A stretch of 64,000 nucleotides of DNA, from contig NC_092672.1 in assembly GCF_964355755.1 (NCBI RefSeq), positions 21,651,237-21,715,236 of the forward strand, given 5' to 3'. The position numbers and the translations under genes were made by a program. Positions 47,711 to 59,780 of this stretch are shown one piece after another. Position 1 is the stretch's first letter. Each line of letters begins with the position of its first letter. This DNA comes from Antedon mediterranea (taxonomy: Eukaryota; Animalia; Echinodermata). The notes below the pieces were generated by a model. It had not been told where the DNA came from. It saw only the letters and a list, made by a program, of their open reading frames with translations, and did no database searches.

Positions 47711-50700
47711 TATTATTTTTTCTGTCTAAACTTGCAGTCCTCTAGTTACCATACTGAGAATTTTCCTCAAGTAGTAATTAAATTAAAATACTATTTATTT
47801 TTTGGCTAAAATAGCAATTATTTACTAATAAAAACTGAGCTGAGCTTGTTTCCCTCTAGTACTTTTTAGGGGTTTTATAGAAATGTAATAACAGAATTCT
47901 AAAGGAAATTCCACAGAGTATTGTGAATTGTAAAAGTGCATAGACCATGCAAAAGTTGTTGTGACATCATAGCTAAAGTCAATAAGCATATTATGTGAAT
48001 GAACACTAAATATGAAAATAGACTGTAAGTGTAAGGAGTGGTAGGCAATTGGTGCTACAAATTGGTTGAATTTTGAGTTGATTGGTAAAGTCAGTATAGT
48101 TATCAAGGTTATCTAGTCCAAGTTGAGTCCATAATTTGTCAGTTTGCACTGTAGTTCATATTAAAGCAAGAAATACTACCCTAACTATTATCAGATTAAT
48201 TTATTTACAAATCTGATTTGTAATTTACAGTGTAGTATGGAAGGCTGCAATGAGTAGGTTTGAAAATAAACACTGAAATACAGGATTTGGATCAGAATGC
48301 AAACCATTTTTGTAAATGTAAAAATTACACAATTGTGTGATGGTGTTAAGAGTATGGGGGAGGGGCATGTGCTTTCACCCCTAATTAGGAATGTCAGAGC
48401 CTAAAATCTGGGCAATCCCTAGGCTTTATTGTTTTTTTATCCAGTCTCCATGCATACAGATTTACGAAGCCAATTAAATTGGACAGAAAAGTATGAGTCA
48501 AATGTAAAATTGTCATATTAAACATTTTTTTGAACGGCAACAGATTCTATGTAAAAGATGCCGAGATTGAATTCATTTTCTTAATTTTGTTTTTCTCTTT
48601 TGTTGGGGCAGTCCCCCTTTTATTGCACATATTATGATAAACAATATGATAAAAGTTATATCTATCTATCAATGGATATTTATGTTATACATTTTTTACT
48701 GCACTTTTAAATTTGGCCTATAGGCCTATAACACACACAAATTCCTATTAGGGAGTGCATTAATTGTCTCTTTTATCATAATTAACCTTAAAATGCACAT
48801 TTAATCTTTTTAAAGTTATATATATGCGTTATTTTTACAAAACATCAACAATTGCAGATCTAGTGTCTTTGACCAATATTAAAACCGATGTTGTAATTTC
48901 ATGAATTAAGTCATAGATTGTATACCTTCCAAAACTCCTAAGCGTCAGAATCATTTTTTGTTAGGTCGTTTTCTGACAGTGTATTTATTATTATTATCAA
49001 GCAAAGTAAGAATGCAGTGGCGCACTCTCCGCATCCCATTCGTAACGATTCGTACAAAGGACACCGCCATACAACCGCCCCTAGGCCTACCTATTGTTTA
49101 GCTGAAAGTCAGTAAGCATAAATAAAAGTGTATATACGTAAAAAATGGAACGCTGTGGTTAACTACAGATCATCATCATAAAGGATATGTTACAGTAATA
49201 ATAATATAGTACACTAACTGTGGTAACTCTGTGCATTATACATTATAGCAACCTATTTTTCTTCTAGACCACCCACCCAACTGTATCAATACCTATTTAT
49301 ATTTATATATTTAATTTCTTCAACACATTGATTAAAATAAATATTGAGCTACAGTATAAGCATTACATTTTGCGCTTTTTTCAGGGCTTCCCCTAGATGT
49401 ACGTTCGTAATGAACTTGAATGCAGCGCAATAAAAACTAAATACTGAGTGAATGAAATCGGCAACAAAATGTTATATCGTCCTGCAATTAGTCATGTGTG
49501 TTTATTGCAGGGGAAAAGTATGATCGTTTTGCTCATTGGTAGCATGCTACTGTACATATGAGAGTGTCTTTTCCTGCAAATCAGAGGTGCCTTTTATCAT
49601 GAATTTAATGTGCGAGAGTACCATTTCCAGCCATCTGGGGCGTCATTTAACCTTTTAAGTTCGCTTTACCACAGGTCCTGTCGACGGCCCTGGACAAGCA
49701 CCTTTTTCCACCATGTGCAAACGCTAACTTGCGTGAAGCGCCCTGTTGTGACGGAAAATGTCACCTTTAGTAGGGCTGAGTTGGTGTGGACTCTCTACAG
49801 TTGCGCCCCCTCCCCCTCCGCCCTTTCACAAAATCCTCGATCCGCCCCTGGAATACATTAATTTATTTATTTTTTAATAGTAAAAGCCAAAGTTTTTTTT
49901 CGAAATGCTTATTGGCTGATTCAGCAGCTGGTTATCTAATGTATACGTTAGTTTTACTTTGTTGTTTGTAGGTATAGTAATCATTTTGACATATCATTTA
50001 TTTCAATGGGTACATACAGCACAACTTCATTAACTGTATTAATAGTTCATAGTACACAACTGTATTAATAATTCATTATGATCATTTTCTTTGGTTTTGC
50101 CTGTAAACATTCAGTTGGTTTGGTTTTGTCTTGTCTCTGATTATTAACTACTAATGACTTGTTTAATAATGGATTTATTCAATACCTAATTACATACAGT
50201 ACTCTCTTAAATTGGTCGACTGAATATTCAATCGATACGGTTGATTTTTCAACTTTTGGCCGACTGTGAGTAGGGACAAATCGGATTGATTGAATTAACG
50301 ATTGAGAATGTTTCAATCGATTCAAAGATTGAACAATTTCAAACTAAGATGATTGGAAAAATAATTTTTTCAACCAAAATCGATTGACTTTTTGTTTAAA
50401 TACGATGATTAAAAAAGATACGTTTCTTATATATTCCATTTTGATTTTATTGAACATAACAAATAACAGTATATTACAATAGTCAAGACACTGCTGTAGT
50501 CTTTGTCTTTCAGTATTATAATTATAAATTCAAAAACTATCTTATATGCCTGGGTGATATACCCTAATTCTTGGGAGGGCATCTACAAAGTCCACAAATA
50601 TCATCCAGGAAAATATAGTGCAGCCTAAATAAAAGCCGAACCATGGCTTCTATAATGTGTCTGAATGAAAGTATATGTTGAGTTATGACAATTGACAATA

Positions 50701-51651
50701 AATATGGCTGTCGGTATTGCAAATTTTTGTCCGGAATACTCTTTTCTAACATCTGTTGCATCCTGTAAGAATAACAAAAAGCATAACAAACTGTTATTTA
50801 TATTATTTAACATATTTCATAAATGTATGCATCTTTAGTAGGCCTAGCAGTACTGTACTATCTTTATCATTGATAATTTTTTATTTTCAATATGGTCTTA
50901 AAAAGCAACGGTGAATAGTTTTGCTATTCAATCAGAAAAGAGTATCCCCAAGACTATCATATAAAACTCTTTTCTCTAATCAAGTAAATTTTGAAATTCG
51001 TAATTTTTTAAATGAAAATAAAAACTGTAGTATTAATTAATATGCTTACATGGATATGTTGAATGAACAAATTCACAGCTTCTGATTTGGTCCATGCTCT
51101 GTAAGATTGAGACATATAGTATGCCTCATATAAATCAGCATAACAAGACCACTAGGCCTAGTGCACAAAATAAATTATAAAACATTAATAATAATAACAC
51201 AAATAGTAAAAATAATAGGCTAGTTCAGATTCAGTCAAGCCACCAATAATTAGGCAATCTTTTTCTAGCATCAGGTCGGTATGTCGAGTAGTTTCTTCTA
51301 GGTTGGAAATATTTTTTAATCCAGTCCCTGTTCAGTTTTAAAGCTTAAAAAACACGAATATACACAATTGACATGTATAAAGACAGTGATTTAAATACAG
51401 ATATACAACATATTATTATTACTTACTATCAAAAAATAAATATAAATCGTTCAAGATGATGTCCATGTTGTTATTGTGAATTATTGCAGCCCGAAACATC
51501 ATTGACATTGTGTATGTAGTCAAGCATTTTTCCTGTGCAATAGATAGAAATAATATGTTTCTACTAAATTTTATAGTACTGTACAGTATAGCCCATCGTC
51601 ATTATTTATTAATATTATAATTATTAATTATATCATAATTTATTCATAGGA

Positions 51652-52090
51652 CGCCTAGGCTAGGCCCTATGCCTACTAGAGGCTCTAGGCCTAGTAGGGC
51701 CTAGTCTAGGAAATAGTATTAAAGTAGGGCCTAGTCTTAGTAACTAGCCTAGACTAGGCAAGGCCTATTTATTATAGGCCTAGCTCTTCTCCAGCTAGAC
51801 CTACTAGGCCTAGTTAGGCCTAGGCTAGCCGCGCCTACTACTAGGCCTAGTACTGCTAGCCTATTCTATAGGTCTAGACTAGGCATAGTAGCCTACCTAG
51901 TTTAGTGAAGTGTAGAACGTCATCATAACACATTTGATTTAGTAAATCTAACCTAGGCTACTCGCTAGCTAGGCCTATAGCCTAACTCGGTAACCGGCCA
52001 AAATAAACTCGAGCCGTGACAGTACACCACACTCGCTGCTGTCACGTCAACTAGCCTACTAACTAGGGGCCTACTACTAGGCCTAGATCT
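51652..52090. repeat. CTAG/TAGGCC-rich low-complexity tract
   Basis: dense mosaic of taggccta, tagcta, tagccta and tagta. Confidence 0.85.
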
Positions 52091-52294
52091 GTGCTGTGGC
52101 CAGAAAATGTGCGCGGTGGTGGTGGTGTGAATGTAGGCCTCAATGTAGCGTATGCCTTAGATTCAATTTAAAATAAATGATTACCAACCTTCTAAAATAG
52201 ATATTGATTCAATTGGTATATGTTACGAATACGGTAGCTCGTAAATTGTCGACAAAGAATCTAAAATACGATCGAATACACTGACTCTGAAGAT

Positions 52295-52390
52295 CAGGCG
52301 GGCGGCCGGGCGGGAAGCGAGGCGGGGGAACAAGACAAACTTTTGTCCGCGCGCTTTCACGTCACAATATATTAGGCGCTGATTGGATGT
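52295..52390 (-). promoter_or_regulatory. Putative CpG-rich promoter
   Basis: GC boxes (gggcgg), CRE-like cacgtca, CCAAT box (gattgg); candidate donor aag|gttggt at ~52188 on the minus strand. Confidence 0.45.
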
Positions 52391-52735
52391 TGTAATCAAA
52401 CTTTCTATCAGTTGAAACTTTATTTTCAACTGGAGCGTATTTCACGTTCATGAATACCATATTCAGTCTAAAAAGTTTGGTTTTAATCATCAAACGTAAA
52501 TACGATCGAAATTTCCAATCGATGAATTTAAGAGAGTAGAGTAAGAAAATTACTGTTATCATCTTTTTTTTATTTTATAATTGCATTATACTGTATTTGG
52601 TTTTATAGTCAAACCTGTTTCAAGATCATTATTCATCATGCATACAGATTTACAAAATGTAAAATTGTCTTAATAAAAATGCTAAAGTAATTTTTGTGTA
52701 TTTCTTGAAACACATAAAACGGTTATGTGTTTTAA

Positions 52736-53796
52736 CACTTTGACTGCCAAACACGAAGATCTTCGTTTTTGGAAACACAACGCTTGACTGCCAAAAACGA
52801 AGATCTTCGTTTTTCGCGTTTTTTTACGAAATCCGGTAGATAGGTTAATTATTGGTATATACTATAAATATGAACACTATATTCGGTCTGGACCGTCAAT
52901 ATTTTACAATTTGAAAGTAACTAATCTGGTTACGAACGACTGTCAAAATGGTACCTGTCGAAATAACAAACACCGCTCATCACAGTAGCGCGTAGAGCGA
53001 TGGCTTGGCGCATTGTGTATCGGTCGCGCGCTAGCTATGCCGCCGAAGCATTACAAAGGTTTTTGTGGATTGACATGTTTGTTTGTTATCTGAATAAAAA
53101 ATAATCAAGTCATTTTCAATATGAAGTCTTTACTTTTATTATTGTATGTATACCCTAATTATTTTGGTGTTTTACTGAAAGTGACCGAGTTTCACGCAAC
53201 AAACTTGTTTTGAAATGGTATGGTTATTATCATCAGTTTACTATCTCCTAGCTAGGCCTAAGGCTAGTAGTACTAGGCCTAGGCTAGCCTAGCCCTAGTC
53301 GTAAAACGGTTCCGGACCAACTTTAGGCCTGGTTAACTAGGCCTGGTGTCTTTACTATGTGGATTTTGGCGAAACATTGATGTAAGATTGATGATTTATA
53401 AAATGTAATACATTTTTCGATAGTGATAACTTGTTTTTATAGGCCTATCGGTGCCGTGTAAGTAACTTTTTCGTTGTTTGTTGATCTCACCGGGCGATAT
53501 TTTCATATTGTGATGTCTTGCACAAAATCGCGATTATCTCGACTTTCTTGCGCGAAACTACGAAAAATTCAAAAAGTGGGTTACTTTAATTTTACTATTA
53601 CGATTTACATATTGCGATTTAAAAATCGTTCTTGGTACCATTGTAAAGCTAAAATCTTTATGATTATTTTAGTCTAAATTACATATAAATCAGATCACAT
53701 ACATGGTTTCAATCAGCTTTAATAAAAACATCGAATTGGGCTAAAAATGCTGGCGGTGGCAGTTTCTAACTGGAAAAACCTCTGGCAGTCAAAGTG
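52736..53796. mobile_element. piggyBac-like MITE, TTAA TSD
   Basis: TTAA|cactttgactgcca ... tggcagtcaaagtg|TTAA; subterminal duplicated ttgactgccaaa..cgaagatcttcgttttt. Confidence 0.88.
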
Positions 53797-54217
53797 TTAA
53801 AGAAACCTATGTTGGATCGCATTGTACTTTATTTCCTTGCACCTGTTTGTAGTTTTAATCAACTATATGATAAAACAAGGACAACCTATGGTGTAAATTT
53901 TACAGAATATATTGAATTGCCCTGGTTATCAGATAAAAGTGTTGGTCTTTTGTACAACAATTTGCATTCAACTATTAATATAGAAAAAGCATTGTATATT
54001 TTAGATTTGTTTGTATTTCAGCATTACCTACTTGTAGATCTAGAATTAATATATTATTAATTGATAGAGGAGGCATTGGTTGAGGAAAGTGTTGATAGAT
54101 GAGACATTGGATTTACTCAACATCATGTTCAGTACTTTTAGTCCTAGTACTGTATTAATATTGATTATTGTCAAAATTAGAGGAAGGGATAGTATTTAGG
54201 TTGAGTTTAAAGCCACA

Positions 54218-54390
54218 GTCTATATCGTGCCTAGCTTACCTGGATAAACCAACAAAAGCCTCTCTCTCCGACGAGAGGTAAACATTACGAAAAGAAGAAC
54301 ATTAATAACATTAATTTTCCCCCACCCCCCTCGGATAATGGATCAGTCCGCCACCAGTACGCCCTCAAGTGAGACACACCCACTTATCAT
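54218..54390 (+). repeat. DIRS left ITR
   Basis: 54234-54390 is the reverse complement of 59331-59487 (about 2 mismatches by eye). Confidence 0.92.
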
Positions 54391-54696
54391 TTTCTTTTCG
54401 TAACGTCGTTGTGTACGTACGTCTTTTTTGGACACATTCCTGGAATTTCTGAGGAATTTGCGATAAAGACTTTAATACTGTAGACTAGAAGAGAAGAATA
54501 ACAAGAAACGAAGCTAAGTGTAGTAGATCGTTGTCTTGTAGTTGGATACGTTTAGAATCGTTACCCTTGGCTGGTTGCCAAGAGTTAAAATATAGCGTTG
54601 TAAGCCGTTATCCAGTGTGTTCCACCTGGATAGAAATACTGGGAGAGCTTTGTTGTTCGTTAGGCTAGTGGGTAGAAGTAGGTCTGCTAGATCACC

Positions 54697-55981
54697 ATGC
54701 CTAAGCAGGAGTGTGTTAAATGTAAGGGTCCCCGCTCTACTGTGAAGTGGGACCGCCACTTGGAGTGCATAAACTGCCGCACGTGTACCGAGTTGTCTCC
54801 GTGCGATGTTTGTGTCCGCTGGACACCGTCCAAGTTTAAATCGCTCCCTAAGCCTAGAGAGCGCACGGAAGCTGTACCACCTCCGGAGGTGAGTACCGCC
54901 GATACGGCAGGCCCTCCTGCCGTCGCGCCGGAAGTTAGCCTTCCAGATATGCCTGCACCGGCTGCGGCCTCTGCGGTTCCGGGGGTGAATGAGATTTCTC
55001 CGGGGTTACTGCAAACAAGCCATTGTTGCAGCCGTGAGAGCTCTGCCGAGGGATGAGCCTGAGGTACCCTCTCAGAGTAGACCTCCTCCCCATGTTCCAT
55101 ACTTTGATGTTGGCCCACAGCAGACCTCGTTTTTCGATGGTTCGTCCGTCCGCCAAAGGGACTACGATAGTGACAGGACGATGGCCTCGCTCTCTGACGA
55201 TGATAGAGATAGCTTACGAGAGCAGGCCGGGCCAGGGGAGGAAGGTCTGCAGGCGCTAGTTATGTGGACGGTCCCCGCGGTGCTGTCCTTTCTCGGCGTC
55301 GATTTCACTTTTCGGGAGCCTAAGCATACTCCTTCGTCTAAGCGGTATTCCACTTTTGGCGTACGCACGCCTTTTAAGAAGGTATCTTCGTGCCCGGTTA
55401 CGCCTCTCGATCCAGAACTTGTGGAACGTGTGGAGCTGATCGCTAGGGAGTCCAAGATTCGTAGGCCTATGCCTTATAGCCTTTCATCGGCTTTTCCGGT
55501 GCCGCGCGTCCCGGAGGCAGCGAAGGAACGGGTCCGTGAGGACCAGAACCTGGACCCGTCCAGGACTAATTTTTTTAAGCCTTCGGAATCCCGGACAGAG
55601 GACGTCCTTATGTCCGTCGACAGGGCCGCACGCGAGACGCTTAGAGCCGCCTCTATGGCCGGGTACTTGCTATCTTTTCTGGCTGATCCAGAACATCCGC
55701 CCCAGGGCGATTCGGACGTGATAGCTCTACTACAGCAGATCATGGACCTGGTTGTTGATCAACAGGCAACGATCTCATTATCTGCGGCCGCGGCCCGTCG
55801 CGTTAACGTCTTGGGTGCAACTGACATCGCACCGACCGATTTCCGTAGGTTTACTACGTCTGACTCCTTCGGGGCGCATGACTTGTTCTTTGGCTCCTTT
55901 TCACAAAAGGAGGATAAATGGGCTCGTGAGAGGGAAGCTCGTCGGGAGACAAGAGCGCTTCCCGCAAAAACGCCGAGCTAG
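54697..55981 (+). CDS. DIRS gag-like ORF with N-terminal Cys/His zinc finger; one frameshift near 55011-55018
   Basis: CVKC..DRHLECINC..C..PCDVCVRW, then the frame change PGLLQ/AIVAAVRAL at caaacaag. Confidence 0.8.
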
Positions 55982-58208
55982 CAATTCACGTTCAAGGACA
56001 GCCGCACGACCGCCGCCTGTCCCTGCTGCTCCTCAGCAGATGCAGCCTCCCCCGCCGCCACCGGCTCAGCCTATGCAAAGCCAGGCTTCTACATCAAGAC
56101 AGGCTTCACACCCCCCTCGCGGAATGCGAAATAGGGGTGGCAGAGGCGCCACCAACAGGAGTGGTCGCCGGTATTATAATGTGAAGGCCCGGGGACGCCC
56201 GTCCCTCCAAGCGAGGGCGGGCAGGTGGCGGGGTCGCTTGAAACGGTTTTCACGGGTTTGGGAGACCCTGACCACAGACAAATGGGTTCTCTCCACCGTG
56301 ACACACGGGTATCGTATCGAATTCTCGAGCCCTCCGGTGAGCGGAGGTGCCCGACACACGAGGACTCCATCAGAGCCGGAAAAGAGTCAAGCGCTCATGA
56401 CGGGCCTCGAAGCACTGCTCCAGAAAGGAGCTGTGGTGCATGTTCAAAAAGAACAACTTACGATCCCGGGACACGAATCCACCGTTTTCCTCGCCCAGAA
56501 AAAATCGGGCGATTGGCGACCCATCCTAAACCTCAAAAGTCTGAACAAGCGGTACATCCGGCCCCACAGGTTCAGGATGGAGACTGTCTCATCTATCCTG
56601 TTGGGGCTAAGACGAGGGGACTGGGCAGCCACAATAGACTTGAAAGACGCCTACTTTCACGTGCCTATTGCGCAAGAACACCAGAGTTGGCTGCGCTTCC
56701 GCATTCACGATCAGGTATACCAATTCGTAGCTCTGCCGTTCGGCCTCTCAACGGCCCCACGAGTGTTTACTCGTCTAGTGAGAACCCTGGCGGCGTTCTT
56801 TCATCAACACGGCATCAGAGTTTTCATGTACTTAGACGATTGGTTGATCGTGGCCCAGTCCAGGGACCAGCTGTTAAACAGCTTATCTTTTGTCCGCCTC
56901 GTGACGGAACAAGCAGGGTTCATAATAAACGAGGAGAAGTCATGTCTTCTTCCTTCTCAGAACCCTCTGTATCTCGGAGCCCAAATAAATTTGGTTACGG
57001 GCCGTGCGTGCCCATCCATCGAGCGTGTGGCCAAGGCAAGAACTGCAGTGCTACATCTTATCAATGCTCAGGCTCCGACGGCGTACGACTGGCTACGCAC
57101 CTTAGGGTCACTGGCCAGCTTCGTCGCCCTCGTTCCGTTCTGCCGGTTAAGGATGCGGCCTCTACATCTGTACCTTCTGGCAGCATACCGCCCAAAATCA
57201 CACCCTCTATACAAAGTGGTTCCAACGAATGCGTTCATTATCTCGCATCTCGAATGGTGGCTCGTGGAAGACAGGTTACTTGTGGGCACACCTATACAAA
57301 GGTCAATTCCGGATGTCCGTGTGGAAACGGACGCATCCGAAGTAGGCTGGGGCGGTCACATACCGTCTCCGGACATTCGCGTCTCCGGCCTCTGGTCGCC
57401 CGAGGAGACGCGCGCCCACATCAACCTGCTCGAACTTTGGGCAGTCGAGCACTCGTTGGAGGCTCTTCTTCCCCATCTGGCAAATCGCCATGTTCTCGTC
57501 AATTCCGACAACACAACCGTCGTGGCATACATAAACAGGCAAGGGGGCACACGGTCCCCCATGCTATGTTGCCACACGTGGACGTTGCTAATGTGGTGTA
57601 TAAGACACAACATCCAACTGTCAGCGGCCCACATTGCGGGTCGTCTGAACATAGTGGCGGACGCACTGTCCCGTCCACTTCTACGTCCTACGGAATGGCG
57701 TCTCCTTCCAATAATCGCCACCGAAATCTTCAACCACTTTGGGCGGCCCCATGTAGATCTGTTTGCGACGTCAGGCAACACGCAGCTCCCGACTTTCTGC
57801 AGTCGATATCGGGATGCACATGCGTGGGCGGTGGATGCCCTGTCCATACCATGGGACAACCTTTGGGCATATGCCTTTCCACCGATTTCAATACTGCCAC
57901 TGGTCCTGACGCACATTCAGCGCCATCAATGCCGAGTCCTACTAATAGCGCCGTATTGGCCCAGGCAGCCGTGGTTTCCACTGCTACTAGGCCTTCTGTA
58001 CGATCAGCCGTTACGTCTTCCGATTCGGAACGACTTGCTGACGCAGGGCCGAGCTCGGTTTGCTCTACCGAACCTCATATCCCTCGACCTGACTGTATGG
58101 CCATTGTCAGGGATCGCTTCAGAGACTCAGGCATTCCAGATGGCCCGGCCGCCCTCGCGGCGAAATCCCGACGGGAATCCACTCTTGCTGTCTACAATAG
58201 CCGATTAA
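55752..58208 (+). CDS. DIRS pol: reverse transcriptase, RNase H and DNA N6-adenine methyltransferase-like domain
   Basis: WRPILNLK, IDLKDAYFH, LPFGLSTAP, YLDDW; TDAS, HINLLEL, SDNTT, ADALSR; DLFA, YAFPP. Confidence 0.95.
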   Translation: MLINRQRSHYLRPRPVALTSWVQLTSHRPISVGLLRLTPSGRMTCSLAPFHKRRINGLVRGKLVGRQERFPQKRRASNSRSRTAARPPPVPAAPQQMQPPPPPPAQPMQSQASTSRQASHPPRGMRNRGGRGATNRSGRRYYNVKARGRPSLQARAGRWRGRLKRFSRVWETLTTDKWVLSTVTHGYRIEFSSPPVSGGARHTRTPSEPEKSQALMTGLEALLQKGAVVHVQKEQLTIPGHESTVFLAQKKSGDWRPILNLKSLNKRYIRPHRFRMETVSSILLGLRRGDWAATIDLKDAYFHVPIAQEHQSWLRFRIHDQVYQFVALPFGLSTAPRVFTRLVRTLAAFFHQHGIRVFMYLDDWLIVAQSRDQLLNSLSFVRLVTEQAGFIINEEKSCLLPSQNPLYLGAQINLVTGRACPSIERVAKARTAVLHLINAQAPTAYDWLRTLGSLASFVALVPFCRLRMRPLHLYLLAAYRPKSHPLYKVVPTNAFIISHLEWWLVEDRLLVGTPIQRSIPDVRVETDASEVGWGGHIPSPDIRVSGLWSPEETRAHINLLELWAVEHSLEALLPHLANRHVLVNSDNTTVVAYINRQGGTRSPMLCCHTWTLLMWCIRHNIQLSAAHIAGRLNIVADALSRPLLRPTEWRLLPIIATEIFNHFGRPHVDLFATSGNTQLPTFCSRYRDAHAWAVDALSIPWDNLWAYAFPPISILPLVLTHIQRHQCRVLLIAPYWPRQPWFPLLLGLLYDQPLRLPIRNDLLTQGRARFALPNLISLDLTVWPLSGIASETQAFQMARPPSRRNPDGNPLLLSTIAD

Positions 58209-59121
58209 AACACTTTTTCAAATGGTGCAAGCGCCAGAAGACCGACCCAATGAAAGTCACTTTGGGCCAGGTCTGCGCTTCCCTACATTACCTGTTTGAG
58301 TCAGGTCTGCAGATTCGCACCGTATCCGGCTATCGGTCTGCCTTGGGTGCAGTAATTCCGAATTTTGAAGACGGCTCGACCATCTCTTCATTCCCTGCAA
58401 TTTCCAGTTTGCTTCGCGGGATGTTTCGAGAACGGCCTCCTACTAAGGCCCTGATTCCACGTTGGGACGTCAATGTCGTCCTAGCCGCTCTTATGCGTCC
58501 ACCCTTCGAGCCCCTGAGTAGGGCATCACTTTACAACCTGTCTCTCAAAACTGCCTTTTTGATTGCACTAGCCTCGTGCAAGCGCAGAGGTGAACTGCAC
58601 GCTCTTTCTCTGGAGCCAGGGCACATCAGGTTTGAACGGGGGGTGGCGCGCGGTTAGTTTTTAGAAAAGATTTCCTTGCAAAATCTCAGACATTGAACTT
58701 CTCGCCGCCGACTGTGTTTATTCCCACCATTGCTGCATATTCAGGGGTTGAGGAAGACAGACTTTGGTGCCCAGTGCGGGCACTAAAGTTTTACATCAAA
58801 CGCACAGAGTCCATTCGGGTCTCAGCGTCACATCTGTTCATATCGACAGTTTCACCCTTCCGACCGGCTGCTCGGTCGACACTTGCAAACTGGGTCGTGG
58901 CAGCCATCCGGGCTGGTTACGACTCCACAGATACGCCTCCTCTGGCACACCAAGTGCGTGGCATTGCCGCTTCATGGGTGCTGTTTGCTGGGGTGCCCCT
59001 CCCAGACATCCTGCAAGCGGCATGGTGGCGATCACAGTCCACCTTCACATCCCACTACCTGTCAGATACCTCCGCAAACCAGTCTACGGTGGCTGCTTCA
59101 ATCTTGAAGCCCAGACACTAG
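56225..59121 (+). CDS. DIRS tyrosine recombinase ORF overlapping pol; one frameshift at a G6 run (58638-58643)
   Basis: SRRESTLAVY, KRRGEL (R), FLAK (K), CPVRAL, AHQVRG (HxxR), FTSHY (Y). Confidence 0.9.
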
Positions 59122-59184
59122 GTACGTATAAGAATGTTTACCTTGCCTCCCGCCTCCGACTAGACTCTAGTCCGGTGCTACACT

Positions 59185-59282
59185 GGCTTATGTTGGTTTA
59201 TCCAGGTAAGCTAGGCACGATATAGACTACACAAACCAACAGTGGTGTTGGTAGTCTATGAGTGCCGCTTACCTGGATAAAC
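59185..59282 (+). other. DIRS internal complementary region (ICR)
   Basis: reverse complement of the left terminus (…gcacgatatagac) joined to reverse complement of the right terminus (tacacaaaccaacagtgg…). Confidence 0.92.
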
Positions 59283-59330
59283 GCCCTCCCTACCGTCCCC
59301 TCAGGCAGGTGGTCTTGAGAAATGATGACG

Positions 59331-59526
59331 ATGATAAGTGGGTGTGTCTCACTTGAGGGCGTACTGGTGGCGGACTGATCCATTATCCGACGGGGGTGGG
59401 GGAAAATTAATGTTATTAATGTTCTTCTTTTCGTAATGTTTACCTCTCGTCGGAGAGAGAGGCTTATGTTGGTTTATCCAGGTAAGCGGCACTCATAGAC
59501 TACCAACACCACTGTTGGTTTGTGTA
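59331..59526 (+). repeat. DIRS right ITR plus right extension
   Basis: inverted match to the left ITR, then ggcactcatagactacc...ggtttgtgta matching the ICR. Confidence 0.92.
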
Positions 59527-59780
59527 ATCTACAGATGATCCCAATGATTGCTTCATTCTTTGCCATTGTGATGAGCTGTCAAATTAGAGGAAGGGATAGT
59601 ATAAATAGGTTGAGTTTAAAGCCACAATCTGCAGATGATCCCAATGATTGCTTCATTCTTTGCCATTGTGATGAGCTGTCAACATTAGAGGAAGGGATAG
59701 TATTTAGGTTGAGTTTAATACCACAATCTGCAAATGATCCCAATGATTGCTTCATTCTTTGCCATTGTGATTAGCTGTCA
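59527..59780. repeat. ~100-bp tandem repeat hosting the DIRS insertion (first unit begins at 54169)
   Basis: tgtcaaaattagaggaagggatagtatttaggttgagtttaaagccaca|atctgcagatgatcccaatg x3. Confidence 0.9.

Larger units (their letters stand above)
54218..59526 (+). mobile_element. DIRS1-type tyrosine-recombinase retrotransposon, full length
   Basis: inverted terminal repeats, internal complementary region, gag, RT-RNaseH-MTase, overlapping YR; no TSD. Confidence 0.96.

Noticed and set aside
54687-57981. Antisense and short alternative ORFs within the DIRS element
   Set aside because: Expected by-products of GC-rich, dual-coding sequence; no motifs
58638-58643. Programmed ribosomal frameshift in the recombinase
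   Set aside because: Not an X XXY YYZ slippery site; it splits the catalytic domain, so a homopolymer indel is more likely
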